Below are positions 47,743 through 58,775 of a DNA stretch of 64,000 nucleotides, in pieces; positions within the stretch are counted from its first letter, which is position 1; each line of letters begins with the position of its first letter. The DNA is from Candidatus Latescibacterota bacterium (GTDB taxonomy: Bacteria > Latescibacterota > UBA2968 > UBA8231). The stretch is from assembly GCA_965203355.1 (NCBI GenBank), contig OZ241889.1, positions 864,001 through 928,000 on the forward strand. The letters are read 5' to 3'. The notes under the pieces are model-generated. The model saw only the letters and a program-made list of their open reading frames with translations, was not told the origin of the DNA and made no database searches. Made by a program: the position numbers and the translations under genes.

Positions 47743-48606
47743 ATGCCTGACGTAGCTGAAATTTACAAGTTCGACGAGCTTACTTGGCCCGAAGTCAACC
47801 AAGCTGTAGCCATGGGCAAAATTCCCATCATACCCACTGGCTCGGTTGAACAACACGGCCATCACCTCCCGCTCAAGGTGGATCACCTGTGCGCCAACGC
47901 AGTGGCGACCGAAGCTGCGCGCCTAAAGCCCGAGCTCGCGCTCGTCCTGCCGCCTGTGAGCTACGGCTATGTTCATCACGTGATGGACTTCCCGGGTTCG
48001 CTCAACATTCACTACGAGCACTTCATACAATACGTCCTCGACATCACTAAGAGCTTGGCCTACCACGGCTTTAAGAAGATGATCCTCGTCAATGGCCATG
48101 GCTCCAACCACAACCTCGTGGACATGGTTGCGCGGCGCACCATAGTCGAGACGGATGCGAGTTGCACGTTTTGCTCGTGGTGGCACTTGCTCCGAGTCCG
48201 TCCCGACTTTGACAAAAAGTGGCGCGAGAGTGCGTTCCCGGGCGGCTGCTCGCACGCGTGCGAGTTGGAAACTTCGATGTTGCTGTATCTCGCGCCGGAG
48301 AGCGTGCGCAAGGACAAGATCAAGAGCGAGATCGCCAAGACGAACAAGCGCGGCTCAAAGTTCGTGTACACGGATCTATTTTCACACGGGCCGATGGGCT
48401 TGATCGAGTGGACGAGTCAGTATTCGGACAGCGGGGTGATGGGCGAGGCGGAGAAGGCCACGGCCGAGAAGGGCAAGATCGTCTTTGAGGAAGCGAGCCG
48501 AAACTTAGCTGAATTTGTCGAGGAATACCACGCGATGAAAATTGAATCGCGCACCCGGCGACAGGAACAGGAGCCGACGTTTCCGCTGTCTTTTCCGACG
48601 GATTAG
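47743..48606 (+). CDS. Creatininase-family amidohydrolase
   Basis: GSVEQHGHHLP--VD, HH-MDFPGSL, NGHGSN, HACELETS. Confidence 0.92.
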   Translation: MPDVAEIYKFDELTWPEVNQAVAMGKIPIIPTGSVEQHGHHLPLKVDHLCANAVATEAARLKPELALVLPPVSYGYVHHVMDFPGSLNIHYEHFIQYVLDITKSLAYHGFKKMILVNGHGSNHNLVDMVARRTIVETDASCTFCSWWHLLRVRPDFDKKWRESAFPGGCSHACELETSMLLYLAPESVRKDKIKSEIAKTNKRGSKFVYTDLFSHGPMGLIEWTSQYSDSGVMGEAEKATAEKGKIVFEEASRNLAEFVEEYHAMKIESRTRRQEQEPTFPLSFPTD

Positions 48607-48624
48607 GCATGGAGGTACCACGCG

Positions 48625-48783
48625 ATGAAGAGAACATTGACCATTGACTACGGAGATGAGGTCCTACTGGCCTTGGGATATTCACCCAAGCAATTCAGCG
48701 AAGAGGCCAAGTTCCTCGTCGCCGTCAAGCTCTACGAGTTGGGGCGGTTGTCCTCGGGGGCGGCAGCTAAGTTAGCTGATTAA
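48625..48783 (+). pseudogene. Truncated UPF0175-family (antitoxin-like) protein
   Basis: MKRTLTIDYGDEVLLALG...AVKLYELGRLSSGAAAKLAD*, 52 aa; stops within the HTH-like segment. Confidence 0.7.
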
Positions 48784-50003
48784 TGAAACAGGAATATGAT
48801 TTTTCTCAGGCTGTGAGAGGGAAGTTCTTCCGCGAGGGGGCCGAGCTGCAGCTACCAATTTGCTCTGATAGGGGGCCTAATGCTCATCAACGACCTAACC
48901 TCTTCGATTATGCGACCTCCGAACTCTCGCAGGACGCCGTCATCTGCTGGCTCGTCGCCTGTGCTGCCGAAGCCACGGGAGACCTCCAAAAGTGCGGATT
49001 AGAGTTCGTGCGTACCCTATTTCGAGCGGGCAAGTCGGATGGAATTGAGGGTGTTCCGGTGCTAGAAGCTAATGGCGAATCGACGCCTCCCTACGATGGG
49101 CCGTGCGACGTGAGCCGCGTAAACAAACCTACCCGTCAGTATTGCCGGATCGATGTATATTTCCAAGCCGAAGTGGACGGGAAGACGGTCTCTTTTGTCA
49201 TTGAAGACAAGAAAGACTCACGGGATCACAGTAATCAATTGGCTCGGCATCTGAAGGAAGTCATTAATGATAAAAACAATGAAGATCTAATCAAACCCAT
49301 TTATTTCAAAACTGGGTACATGTTCAGTGATGAGAAAGAGAGTGTCAAAAAGAACAACTACTCCTTGTTTAAGGCGGAAGACATGGCGAGTTTCCTCAGA
49401 AGTCAGGACGTAACTCAGGAAAACGAAATTCTGCACCAGTACGCGGAGTACCTGGCCTGTCAGATGAAAATGCGAGCCGATGCCCAAGCGAATTGGGACC
49501 TCAACCAGGACCATGTGCAGTGGGAATTCATGTGGAAGCTCCGTGATGTAATGGAAGATGCGGCTAGCGAATGGCAGCCCTTTGTCCCCAACGAATTGTC
49601 CGGTTTCCCGGACTGGACTTGGGGCGGCTTGGGCAGGGGCACAAGTAAAGGCACGCCGTGGACGCAGTACTGGTTCGCAAAGCATCTATTTTGGCGGCTT
49701 GATTCGGGGAGGAAGTTTTGTGTGGAGAATCCGCTGCGACTGATGATTGACCGCGGAAACGCTGGGAAGAGCGTGAAGGAGAGTGCTGGCATGATACTTG
49801 AATACCGAAATTGTTTCGACAGTGCTCTCCGAAAAGAGCAACTATGTGCCGGGGGCAATCGCAGGAGAGCAGGCAATCAGTGTACTATCGGCTCCATTAA
49901 AACTGCCAATTTTCAGGGAATGACGCTGAGTGAATTTCTGGATCGGGTGAAGCGGGTGCATATCAAATTCCTTGAGTCAGTCTCGGCAAGCATATACTCA
50001 TAG
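48783..50003 (+). CDS. PD-(D/E)XK nuclease with a fused BrnA-antitoxin-like N-terminal peptide
   Basis: MKQEYDFSQAVRGKFF..LQLPI, then PNLFDYATSELSQDA-ICWL, RIDV...VIEDK...HSNQLARH. Confidence 0.75.
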   Translation: MKQEYDFSQAVRGKFFREGAELQLPICSDRGPNAHQRPNLFDYATSELSQDAVICWLVACAAEATGDLQKCGLEFVRTLFRAGKSDGIEGVPVLEANGESTPPYDGPCDVSRVNKPTRQYCRIDVYFQAEVDGKTVSFVIEDKKDSRDHSNQLARHLKEVINDKNNEDLIKPIYFKTGYMFSDEKESVKKNNYSLFKAEDMASFLRSQDVTQENEILHQYAEYLACQMKMRADAQANWDLNQDHVQWEFMWKLRDVMEDAASEWQPFVPNELSGFPDWTWGGLGRGTSKGTPWTQYWFAKHLFWRLDSGRKFCVENPLRLMIDRGNAGKSVKESAGMILEYRNCFDSALRKEQLCAGGNRRRAGNQCTIGSIKTANFQGMTLSEFLDRVKRVHIKFLESVSASIYS

Positions 50004-50048
50004 GCGACACTCGGAAATCGTTTTGTCGTTTCCGGCGGACTGAACACC

Positions 50049-50615
50049 TCATTCCACTGGTCGCAGCCGCCCCGCTTCCTCCTCGTAATCCGCGCCGCAC
50101 TCCGCACAGACTAGATCCTCGACCAGTGTGACGCCGCAGCGGCAGGCCCAGCCTGTCTGCCGCCCCGGTACGCCGGTTATCAGCGCGTAGGCTGGCACGT
50201 CTCGGGTTACGACGGCCCCAGCACCAACGAGAGCGTACGCACCGATTTCGACGCCGCAGACGATGGTCGAGTTGGCCCCCAGCGAAGCTCCCTTGCGCAC
50301 CCGCGTCTCTTGGAACTGGCGGCGGCGGTCGACAAAAGCGCGGGGATTGACGACGTTGGTGAATACCATTGACGGGCCGCAGAAGACCTCGGCTTCGAGC
50401 GTGACTCCCTTGTAGATCGAGACGTTGTTCTGTATTTTGCAGCCGTCGCCGATCACCACGCCGCGATCGACATAGACGTTCTGGCCGAGATTGCAGTGTT
50501 GGCCGATTTGTGCGTGGGGCATCAGGTGGCAGAAATGCCAGATGTGAGTTCCCGCGCCAATGGAGACCGGCTCATCGACGCAAGTGCTGGGATGGATGAA
50601 GTAGTCTTTTGCCAT
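50049..50615 (-). CDS. Hexapeptide-repeat N-acetyltransferase (WbpD/WlbB-like)
   Basis: IWHFCH, CNLGQNV, KIQNNVS, GPSMVFTNVVNPRA. Confidence 0.92.
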   Translation of the reverse strand: MAKDYFIHPSTCVDEPVSIGAGTHIWHFCHLMPHAQIGQHCNLGQNVYVDRGVVIGDGCKIQNNVSIYKGVTLEAEVFCGPSMVFTNVVNPRAFVDRRRQFQETRVRKGASLGANSTIVCGVEIGAYALVGAGAVVTRDVPAYALITGVPGRQTGWACRCGVTLVEDLVCAECGADYEEEAGRLRPVE

Positions 50616-50702
50616 GCCGACCGAATATAAATTGTCCCTATCTATTTACCAATGCACCGACCATTCGGTCGGCGCAGACACCCTTTGCATACGGAGGAAA
50701 TC

Positions 50703-51662
50703 GTGAAACTAGCCACGTACTCTGCGGCTGGCGAACAGCGCGTGGGCGCCGTCGTTGGCGACGACAATATCGTCGTGGAGCTCGCTGCGGCCGACCGCGC
50801 ACTGGCCCGCAAGGAAAAGCGCAAAGCGCATCCCTTTTTCACCGACATGCTGACCCTGCTCTCGGCCGGTGCCAAGGGCCTGAGCGCCGCCAAAAAAGCC
50901 GCCGCGAGCGCCGCAGATAAAGAACCCAACGGCAAAACGATCCACGCCCTCAGCAAGGTCCGCCTCCGCGCCCCCATGCCCAACCCGCGCAAGGTCTTCT
51001 GCCTGGCCGGCAACTACCAAGACCACATCGAAGAGGGCGGCGGCAAAATGGATGCCCAAGACAAGGAAACCCCGCGCGTCTTTATGAAGCCGCCGACGAC
51101 CACCGTCATTGGCCCCGGCGACCGCATCCTCATTCCCCCGATCGCCAATAGCATCGACTGGGAAGGGGAGTTGGCCGTAGTCATCGGCCGCAAGACCAAG
51201 GGCGTCAAAGCCAAGGACGCGCTCCGATACGTGGCTGGGTACACCGTTATGAACGACGTCTCCGAGCGCGAGTTGCTCATCAAGAAGCGCACCGATAGCC
51301 GACCGCGCGACGAGTGGTTCGACTGGCTCAACGGCAAATGGCTCGACACCTTTGCCCCGCAGGGGCCGTGGATTGTCACGGCGGACGAGATCAAGGACCC
51401 CCAAGCCCTCGACATCAGCACGTACATCAACGGGAAGCGCAAACAACACAACAACACCGGCCAGATGCTCTACCCGGTCGACAAGATCATCGAGTACATC
51501 TCGGCGATTATCACCCTAGAACCGGGCGACCTGATTAGCACCGGTACCATCTCTGGCGTCGGCGCGACCACCGGTACTTTTATGAAAAAGGGCGACAAGG
51601 TCGAAATCGAAATCTCTGGGATCGGCGTACTCAAAAACTCGGTTGCTGCCAGCAAGAAATAA
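50703..51662 (+). CDS. Fumarylacetoacetate hydrolase-family protein
   Basis: GNYQDH, FMKP, DWEGEL, NDVSER, GK-LDTFAP-GP, LEPGDLISTGT; GTG after GGAGG. Confidence 0.93.
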   Translation: MKLATYSAAGEQRVGAVVGDDNIVVELAAADRALARKEKRKAHPFFTDMLTLLSAGAKGLSAAKKAAASAADKEPNGKTIHALSKVRLRAPMPNPRKVFCLAGNYQDHIEEGGGKMDAQDKETPRVFMKPPTTTVIGPGDRILIPPIANSIDWEGELAVVIGRKTKGVKAKDALRYVAGYTVMNDVSERELLIKKRTDSRPRDEWFDWLNGKWLDTFAPQGPWIVTADEIKDPQALDISTYINGKRKQHNNTGQMLYPVDKIIEYISAIITLEPGDLISTGTISGVGATTGTFMKKGDKVEIEISGIGVLKNSVAASKK

Positions 51663-51665
51663 CCC

Positions 51666-52883
51666 TTGGACCCAGCATCCGCGACCACGGGCCAGGACGG
51701 CGGGCTGCTCAGCCGCGCCTTCTTGGCCCTTTGTTTGATTTACTTCTTCGAGAGCTTTCTCGTCGCTCCCTTCCAAGCGCTGTTCCCCGTTTATATTGAA
51801 GCCGACTTGGCGCGGCCGCCGTGGTTTACCGGCTATCTGCGCGGGGTCATGCTGCTTCTCGGTGGCCTATTTGCCGTGGTCGCTGGCCGCCTTTGCGACC
51901 GCTTTGGCCGCAAGACGACCCTGATGATCGGCCTCGTCGGCAGTGCGCTCACCGGCCTGGTTTTTCGCACCGCCGACCCGTGGGGGCTCTCGTGCTTGCT
52001 CTTGGCGATGGGCGCGGCCAGCGGCCCTTGGTCCACCGCCGGGCAGAGCATCCTCATCACCGCTGTCACGCCCGCTCGACTCGGTTTGGGCGGTGCCCTC
52101 TACTTTCTCAGCAACACGCTCGGCAACGCACTCGGCAGCTTTTGTACCGGCTTGGTCAAAGCCGCCTATTCCTTCGCCCAGATCGGCGCTGCCATGAGCA
52201 TCGGCATGGTCGGGGTAATCGCTCTAGCACTGATGCTGTTGCCCGGCGACGCGCCCGCCCCGGCCGCGGCGCAGACCGGGCGCGTCAATACGTGGGCGGC
52301 CTACCGCCCGCTTTTAGGTCGCGGCGATGTGCATCTCCTGCTCAGCCTGCGCCTGACCATCACCACCTTCTGGGGCATGGCGACGCTGGTTTTGCCCCTG
52401 TTGATCTACCGAGTCGGCGAAAGCGAAGCCCTGCCCGCTTACTTTGTCTCCCTCTCGCTAGTGGTGGCGGCCTGCTGTCAGCTCGGCGTCGGCTATCTCA
52501 ACGACCGCCTCGGCCGCACCGCACCGCTCATCGGCTCGGCGCTGGGCATTTTCCTCAGTGCCTTGGGCCTGGCCCTTTGGCACGGTTCGCTGGTCGGCTT
52601 GTTTGTCTGCGGCACCGCCCTCACGGGTACGGCTTGGGCCGTCTCGACGCTGATTCCCCGGCTCATCAACGACGTTGCTGCTTCTGCAGAAAAAAATCGC
52701 CTCGTCGGCTTGGGCCATCTCGCTTGGAGCGGCTCAATGGTGATCGGCAGCCTGCTCGGCGGCTACCTGATCGAGATAAATGCCGCCCTGCCCTTCTACC
52801 TTGGCACCGCCCTCAGTGCGCTTGGTGCGCTTGGTGCTTGGGGCCTCTGCCGCCGTCTGGACGCCGCCGGAGTTACGGCTTAG
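51666..52883 (+). CDS. MFS transporter
   Basis: Hydrophobic helices with GRLCDRFGRK and GYLNDRLGR motifs. Confidence 0.9.
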   Translation: MDPASATTGQDGGLLSRAFLALCLIYFFESFLVAPFQALFPVYIEADLARPPWFTGYLRGVMLLLGGLFAVVAGRLCDRFGRKTTLMIGLVGSALTGLVFRTADPWGLSCLLLAMGAASGPWSTAGQSILITAVTPARLGLGGALYFLSNTLGNALGSFCTGLVKAAYSFAQIGAAMSIGMVGVIALALMLLPGDAPAPAAAQTGRVNTWAAYRPLLGRGDVHLLLSLRLTITTFWGMATLVLPLLIYRVGESEALPAYFVSLSLVVAACCQLGVGYLNDRLGRTAPLIGSALGIFLSALGLALWHGSLVGLFVCGTALTGTAWAVSTLIPRLINDVAASAEKNRLVGLGHLAWSGSMVIGSLLGGYLIEINAALPFYLGTALSALGALGAWGLCRRLDAAGVTA

Positions 52884-52892
52884 ACTAGGCGA

Positions 52893-54047
52893 ATGCAAAA
52901 ACTCCGCTTGTTCGTCATCACGGTCTCGCACTTTTGCGTCGATAGCTACGCCACGATGTTGGCCCCGCTCCTGCCGTTGGTCAAGGTGAACTTGGGGCTG
53001 AGCTTGGCGCAAGTGGGGTTTCTGGGTTCCATCGTCTCTATATGCAATATCAGCCAGCCCCTCATGGGCTTGTGGGCCGACCGCATGGCTTGGCGCTGGC
53101 TGATCATTGGTGGCTTGGCGCTGGCGACCATTTTCTCTCCGCTCATGGGGTTGGCTCACAACTACCTGACGCTCGTCGGCATCCTGACGCTGGGGGGGCT
53201 CGGGGTCGCCGCCTTTCACCCCCAAGTCTTTTCGCTGGCTGGCGAACTCAGCGGGCCGCGCCGTTCCTTTGGCTTGGCGCTCTTTATCTTTGGCGGGACG
53301 CTGGGGCTGGGCCTGACGCCGCTGTGGGCGCCGGCGTTTACTAATTCCTTCGGGCTGGAATCGCTGCCGTACCTGTCCATTCCCGGCTTGTTGTTCCTCT
53401 TGCTCGTGTATCGCACGGTGCCGCTGAGCAACCCCAACTTTTCCTCCGGCAGAAGCGCGGCCCAGTGGCGCAGCCTCGGCGACCAAGCCGGGGCCCTCGT
53501 GCTGATCACCGCGATCGTCGTTTTGCGCTCCATATCGGGGCTGGGTTTTGGCACGTTTTTAACGCTCATGGCCCAAGAGCGCGGCCTCGGTCTGGTCGCG
53601 GGCGGCATTCCCTTGGGAATCTACAATATCGCTGGCGTGGTCGGCGCGCTCATCGTCGGCTATCTAGCCGACCGCGTCGATCCTAAACCGCTAGTCTGGG
53701 GATCGCTGCTGTGCGCGGTGCCGCCGCTCTACGCCTTCATCTATGTCGAGGGAATGCTGGCCAGCTACAGCCTGCTTTTTGTGGGCGGCGGCTTGTTGCT
53801 GGCTTCCAACTCAATTATGGTCGCCTTGGCCCAGGATTTTTCGCCGGAAAATTCGGGTTTGGTCTCCAGCTTGCCGCTGGGCTTTAGCTGGGGGATGGCC
53901 AGCCTCGCGCTGCCGCTAATCGGCCATTTTGGCGACCAGATCGGCGTGGCTGAGACCTTGAAATACCTAGCCCTGCTGCCGATATTGCCCGCTGGGCTGG
54001 CCTTCTTCCTGCCCAACCGCTCAACCGCAAAGGACGCCGCCCCATGA
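52893..54047 (+). CDS. MFS transporter (Fsr-like)
   Basis: HFCVD, QPLMGLWADR, AAFHP, GYLADR. Confidence 0.9.
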   Translation: MQKLRLFVITVSHFCVDSYATMLAPLLPLVKVNLGLSLAQVGFLGSIVSICNISQPLMGLWADRMAWRWLIIGGLALATIFSPLMGLAHNYLTLVGILTLGGLGVAAFHPQVFSLAGELSGPRRSFGLALFIFGGTLGLGLTPLWAPAFTNSFGLESLPYLSIPGLLFLLLVYRTVPLSNPNFSSGRSAAQWRSLGDQAGALVLITAIVVLRSISGLGFGTFLTLMAQERGLGLVAGGIPLGIYNIAGVVGALIVGYLADRVDPKPLVWGSLLCAVPPLYAFIYVEGMLASYSLLFVGGGLLLASNSIMVALAQDFSPENSGLVSSLPLGFSWGMASLALPLIGHFGDQIGVAETLKYLALLPILPAGLAFFLPNRSTAKDAAP

Positions 54048-54379
54048 GCTTGCTCATTTTAGACCCCGAGCAGAAGCAGTTTTTCGACGACAATGGCTAT
54101 CTGCTACTCAAGGGCTTTTATGGCCCGGCCGAGATGGAGCAGATGCACGGCGAGTTTCATCGCTTGGTGACCGAGATCGAAAACCGGCCAAAGAACGTCA
54201 AATACTCTTTTATGGACGCGCCGGAAGGCTACGCGCCCGACCCCTTCAACCCGCGCAATGTCGTCGGCCTGAACAAAACCGCGGCCACCATCGACCAATG
54301 GGGCAACGCTTGCGCCTTTGCTGGCTTGCCGCTGGCTCGCAACGGCCAGCTTCTGATGCCGCGCGTTTATCAGGGATGA
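54044..54379 (+). pseudogene. PhyH-family gene with catalytic core deleted
   Basis: N-terminus QFFDDNGYLLLKGFY is intact, but only 111 aa and no HxD/H. Confidence 0.7.
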
Positions 54380-54440
54380 GTGCGCCTCGCCTTGCTATTG
54401 TTGCAAACTCCTGCTACTTAAATGTGGATCGCTTGTTTAG

Positions 54441-56360
<1,920 letters not shown>

Positions 56361-56397
56361 GCACCGGCGACTTTTCAACCCAATAGAAAGAGAAGGA

Positions 56398-57390
56398 ATG
56401 GACAAAATTCGCGTGGGATTTATCGGCTGTGGTGGAAATGCCAGCGGGCATATAGGTCGGGTACTCGACATCCCCGAAGCGGAAGTGGTGGCTTTGTGCG
56501 ATGTAGATCCGGCCAGTTTGCAACGCGCCAAAGATCGCAACGCGCGGGCGGCCGAGTTGCCGGAGTTTACCCACTACCAAAAGATGCTGGAGCAAGTCGA
56601 ACTAGACGCGGTAGAAATTTCCACGCCGCACACATTGCACTTTGAGCAGATCGTGGCTGCGCTGGACAAAGGACTACACGTGCTGACCGAAAAGCCGATG
56701 GTTTGCACTGTCGATCACGCGCGTCAAGTTATCGCCAAAGCAAAGGAGGCCGGCAAGATTTTGATGATCTCCTATCAGCGGCACTTGCAGGCGCAGTACC
56801 GCTATGTGCGCAATCAGATCGCGGCCGGGGAACTGGGGGATATCCAGTTTATATCGGCGCTCCAAGACCAGAAGTGGTATCAGGGGACGCTTGGGCTGTG
56901 GCGGCAGCAAATGGCGCTGTCGGGCGGCGGACAGCTCAACGACTCGGGCAGCCACCTGCTGGACATCGCGCTGTGGATGACCGGGCTGGAGGTGGCCGAA
57001 GTGCAGGCCTACATGGAGTATTTCGACTCCGAGGTGGACATTAACTCGGCACTGTCGCTGCGCTTTCGCAACGGCGCACTGGGGACGATTGCGGTGGTGG
57101 GCAACTCGCCGACCAGCGGGATATGGGAGGACATTACCATCTGGGGGACCAAGGCCGTGGTCTATATTCGCCAGGGAGCGGTTTTCTACAAGACGCAGCA
57201 CAGCAACGCGGTGTACGAAGTAAACAACTTGCCCGGCTCGACGACGCCCGACCAGAACTTCATCGACGCGATTCTCGGCCGCGACCAAGTGCAGGTGCCC
57301 CCCGAATGCGGCCTGCGAGTCATTGAATTAACCGAAGCGGCGTGGGCCGCGGCCGCTGGTGGGCAGCCGGTCAAAGTAAAAAGCATTTGA
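56398..57390 (+). CDS. Gfo/Idh/MocA oxidoreductase
   Basis: GFIGCGG, HVLTEKPM, GGGQLNDSGSHLLD. Confidence 0.93.
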   Translation: MDKIRVGFIGCGGNASGHIGRVLDIPEAEVVALCDVDPASLQRAKDRNARAAELPEFTHYQKMLEQVELDAVEISTPHTLHFEQIVAALDKGLHVLTEKPMVCTVDHARQVIAKAKEAGKILMISYQRHLQAQYRYVRNQIAAGELGDIQFISALQDQKWYQGTLGLWRQQMALSGGGQLNDSGSHLLDIALWMTGLEVAEVQAYMEYFDSEVDINSALSLRFRNGALGTIAVVGNSPTSGIWEDITIWGTKAVVYIRQGAVFYKTQHSNAVYEVNNLPGSTTPDQNFIDAILGRDQVQVPPECGLRVIELTEAAWAAAAGGQPVKVKSI

Positions 57391-57416
57391 CATGATTCTA
57401 CGGACTTTGTCATATT
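57387..57416 (+). promoter_or_regulatory. sigma70-type promoter of the intergenic RNA
   Basis: TTGACA-N18-CATATT with extended -10 TG; TGACA...TGTCA inverted repeat overlaps it. Confidence 0.6.
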
Positions 57417-57422
57417 AAAATT

Positions 57423-57723
57423 TAAGACGGGTTCGGGGGTCTAAAGCCTCTGTTGCCGCCCCGCCGAGGCCCGAGGCTACGCGAGCGGGCCAGCCCGGCT
57501 TTGTAATTGGCCGCAACGACGCGCAGAGTTGGAGTATGGATATGAGGCGCGCACAAGCGAAAGGAGGTGGTCCATTGAGTAGTAATTGTACCGCAGGGAG
57601 GTTGATCACTTGATCAACTCCAGGTGATTAACTACCTGGTCAGGAGCATTGTCGCTTCGGCGATATAGCTTCTGAGAGTACAGCCGGGCGCGCCCCACCT
57701 TAGAGGGTGCGCCCGGTTTTTTT
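57423..57723 (+). ncRNA. Candidate structured RNA / small-ORF transcript of unknown family
   Basis: Own promoter and terminator; four-way junction with a cUUCGg loop; GAAAGGAGGTGGTCCA complementary to the 16S rRNA 3' end. Confidence 0.6.
57683..57723 (+). terminator. Intrinsic terminator
   Basis: GCCGGGCGCGCCC / GGGTGCGCCCGGT stem ending in a T7 run. Confidence 0.9.
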
Positions 57724-57789
57724 GTCTGCGCTGTCCTAAGTTGGTTTCCACGCGGCATTTTTGCCATATTGTCCACGAGGAGGCCGTCT

Positions 57790-58761
57790 ATGAAACGCAT
57801 CGCCAAGCCCGCCGGGGCCTACAACATTTTGGTGGAAGAGGTCGAGGTTCCGGCGATTGCTCCGACCGAGATTTTGATTCGCGCTCAGTGTTCGTTGATA
57901 AGCCGTGGTTCGGAGATTTGGCGGCGCTACGTGCGCGAAGAGGCGATTGATCACCGCATGATGGGCTATTCGCTGGTGGGTCGGGTCGCAGAGGTCGGTG
58001 CGGAGGTCGCGGAGTTCAAAACCGGCGATCTGGTCGCGGCTCTCGCACCGCACGCTGAGTACGCAGCGGTCGAAGTCGTAGCCAGCCAGCACAAGCCGGC
58101 GGTCGTGCGCCTGCCAGCGGGTATGTCGCCCGAAGCGGGTACCTTCTGGCCGCTGGCAACCAGCTCGGTCCTGTGGATGTGGGAGACCGAGGCCGGGCCG
58201 GACGATGTCATGGTCGTCCAAGGGCAGGGTTTAGTCGGTAGCGGCTGTATGCAGGCGGCCAAAGCACAGGGGGCCGGGCGCGTCATTGGGATCGATGCTG
58301 TGCCTTTGCGATGCGACTTGGCGCACGAGTTGGGAGCCGACGCGGTGATAGATGCCAGCAGTGGTGACCCTGTTGCCCAAGTTTTGGAACGGACGGAAGG
58401 CGCAGGTGCCGACATAGTGGTCGAAGCGGTGGGTGGGCGGGCCGGGGCGCGGGCTTTTGCCGAGGCGCAGGACATGCTCAAGCGCGGTGGCCTCTTACAA
58501 GTGCTGGGCCTGTACGAAGACGAGCCCCTGCCGCTCTACTCGGGCAAAATCATGGGCAAGCGCCTCATCGGTAGCTATCTCGACGCCAGTCGGCGGCCCG
58601 AAGGGTCGGCACGTGCGTTAGAACTGCTGGCTGCGGATCAAATCCAATTTGCCAAGATGATTACCCACCGCTTTCCCTACGCCGAGGCTGCCGCCGCTTT
58701 CGACTTGCTCTACCATCGGTTGGGCGAGGCCATGGCGGTGTTGTTAAGGTGGGACAACTAA
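57790..58761 (+). CDS. Medium-chain (zinc-binding-type) dehydrogenase/reductase
   Basis: SLISRGSE, MGYS, GQGLVG, GADIVVEAVG, MITHRF. Confidence 0.88.
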   Translation: MKRIAKPAGAYNILVEEVEVPAIAPTEILIRAQCSLISRGSEIWRRYVREEAIDHRMMGYSLVGRVAEVGAEVAEFKTGDLVAALAPHAEYAAVEVVASQHKPAVVRLPAGMSPEAGTFWPLATSSVLWMWETEAGPDDVMVVQGQGLVGSGCMQAAKAQGAGRVIGIDAVPLRCDLAHELGADAVIDASSGDPVAQVLERTEGAGADIVVEAVGGRAGARAFAEAQDMLKRGGLLQVLGLYEDEPLPLYSGKIMGKRLIGSYLDASRRPEGSARALELLAADQIQFAKMITHRFPYAEAAAAFDLLYHRLGEAMAVLLRWDN

Positions 58762-58775
58762 CTCGGGAGACGACG

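Noticed and set aside
46404-50003. queC/queE as a 7-deazaguanine DNA-modification (Dpd) or QatC defence system with the nearby nuclease
   Set aside because: Both genes look like ordinary, host-GC queuosine enzymes. No dpdA/tgt paralogue or qat partners are in the window, and the nuclease lies in a separate insertion.
57559-57574. 16S rRNA gene or fragment on the minus strand
   Set aside because: Similarity stops after 16 nt; the flanks do not continue into helix 45 sequence.
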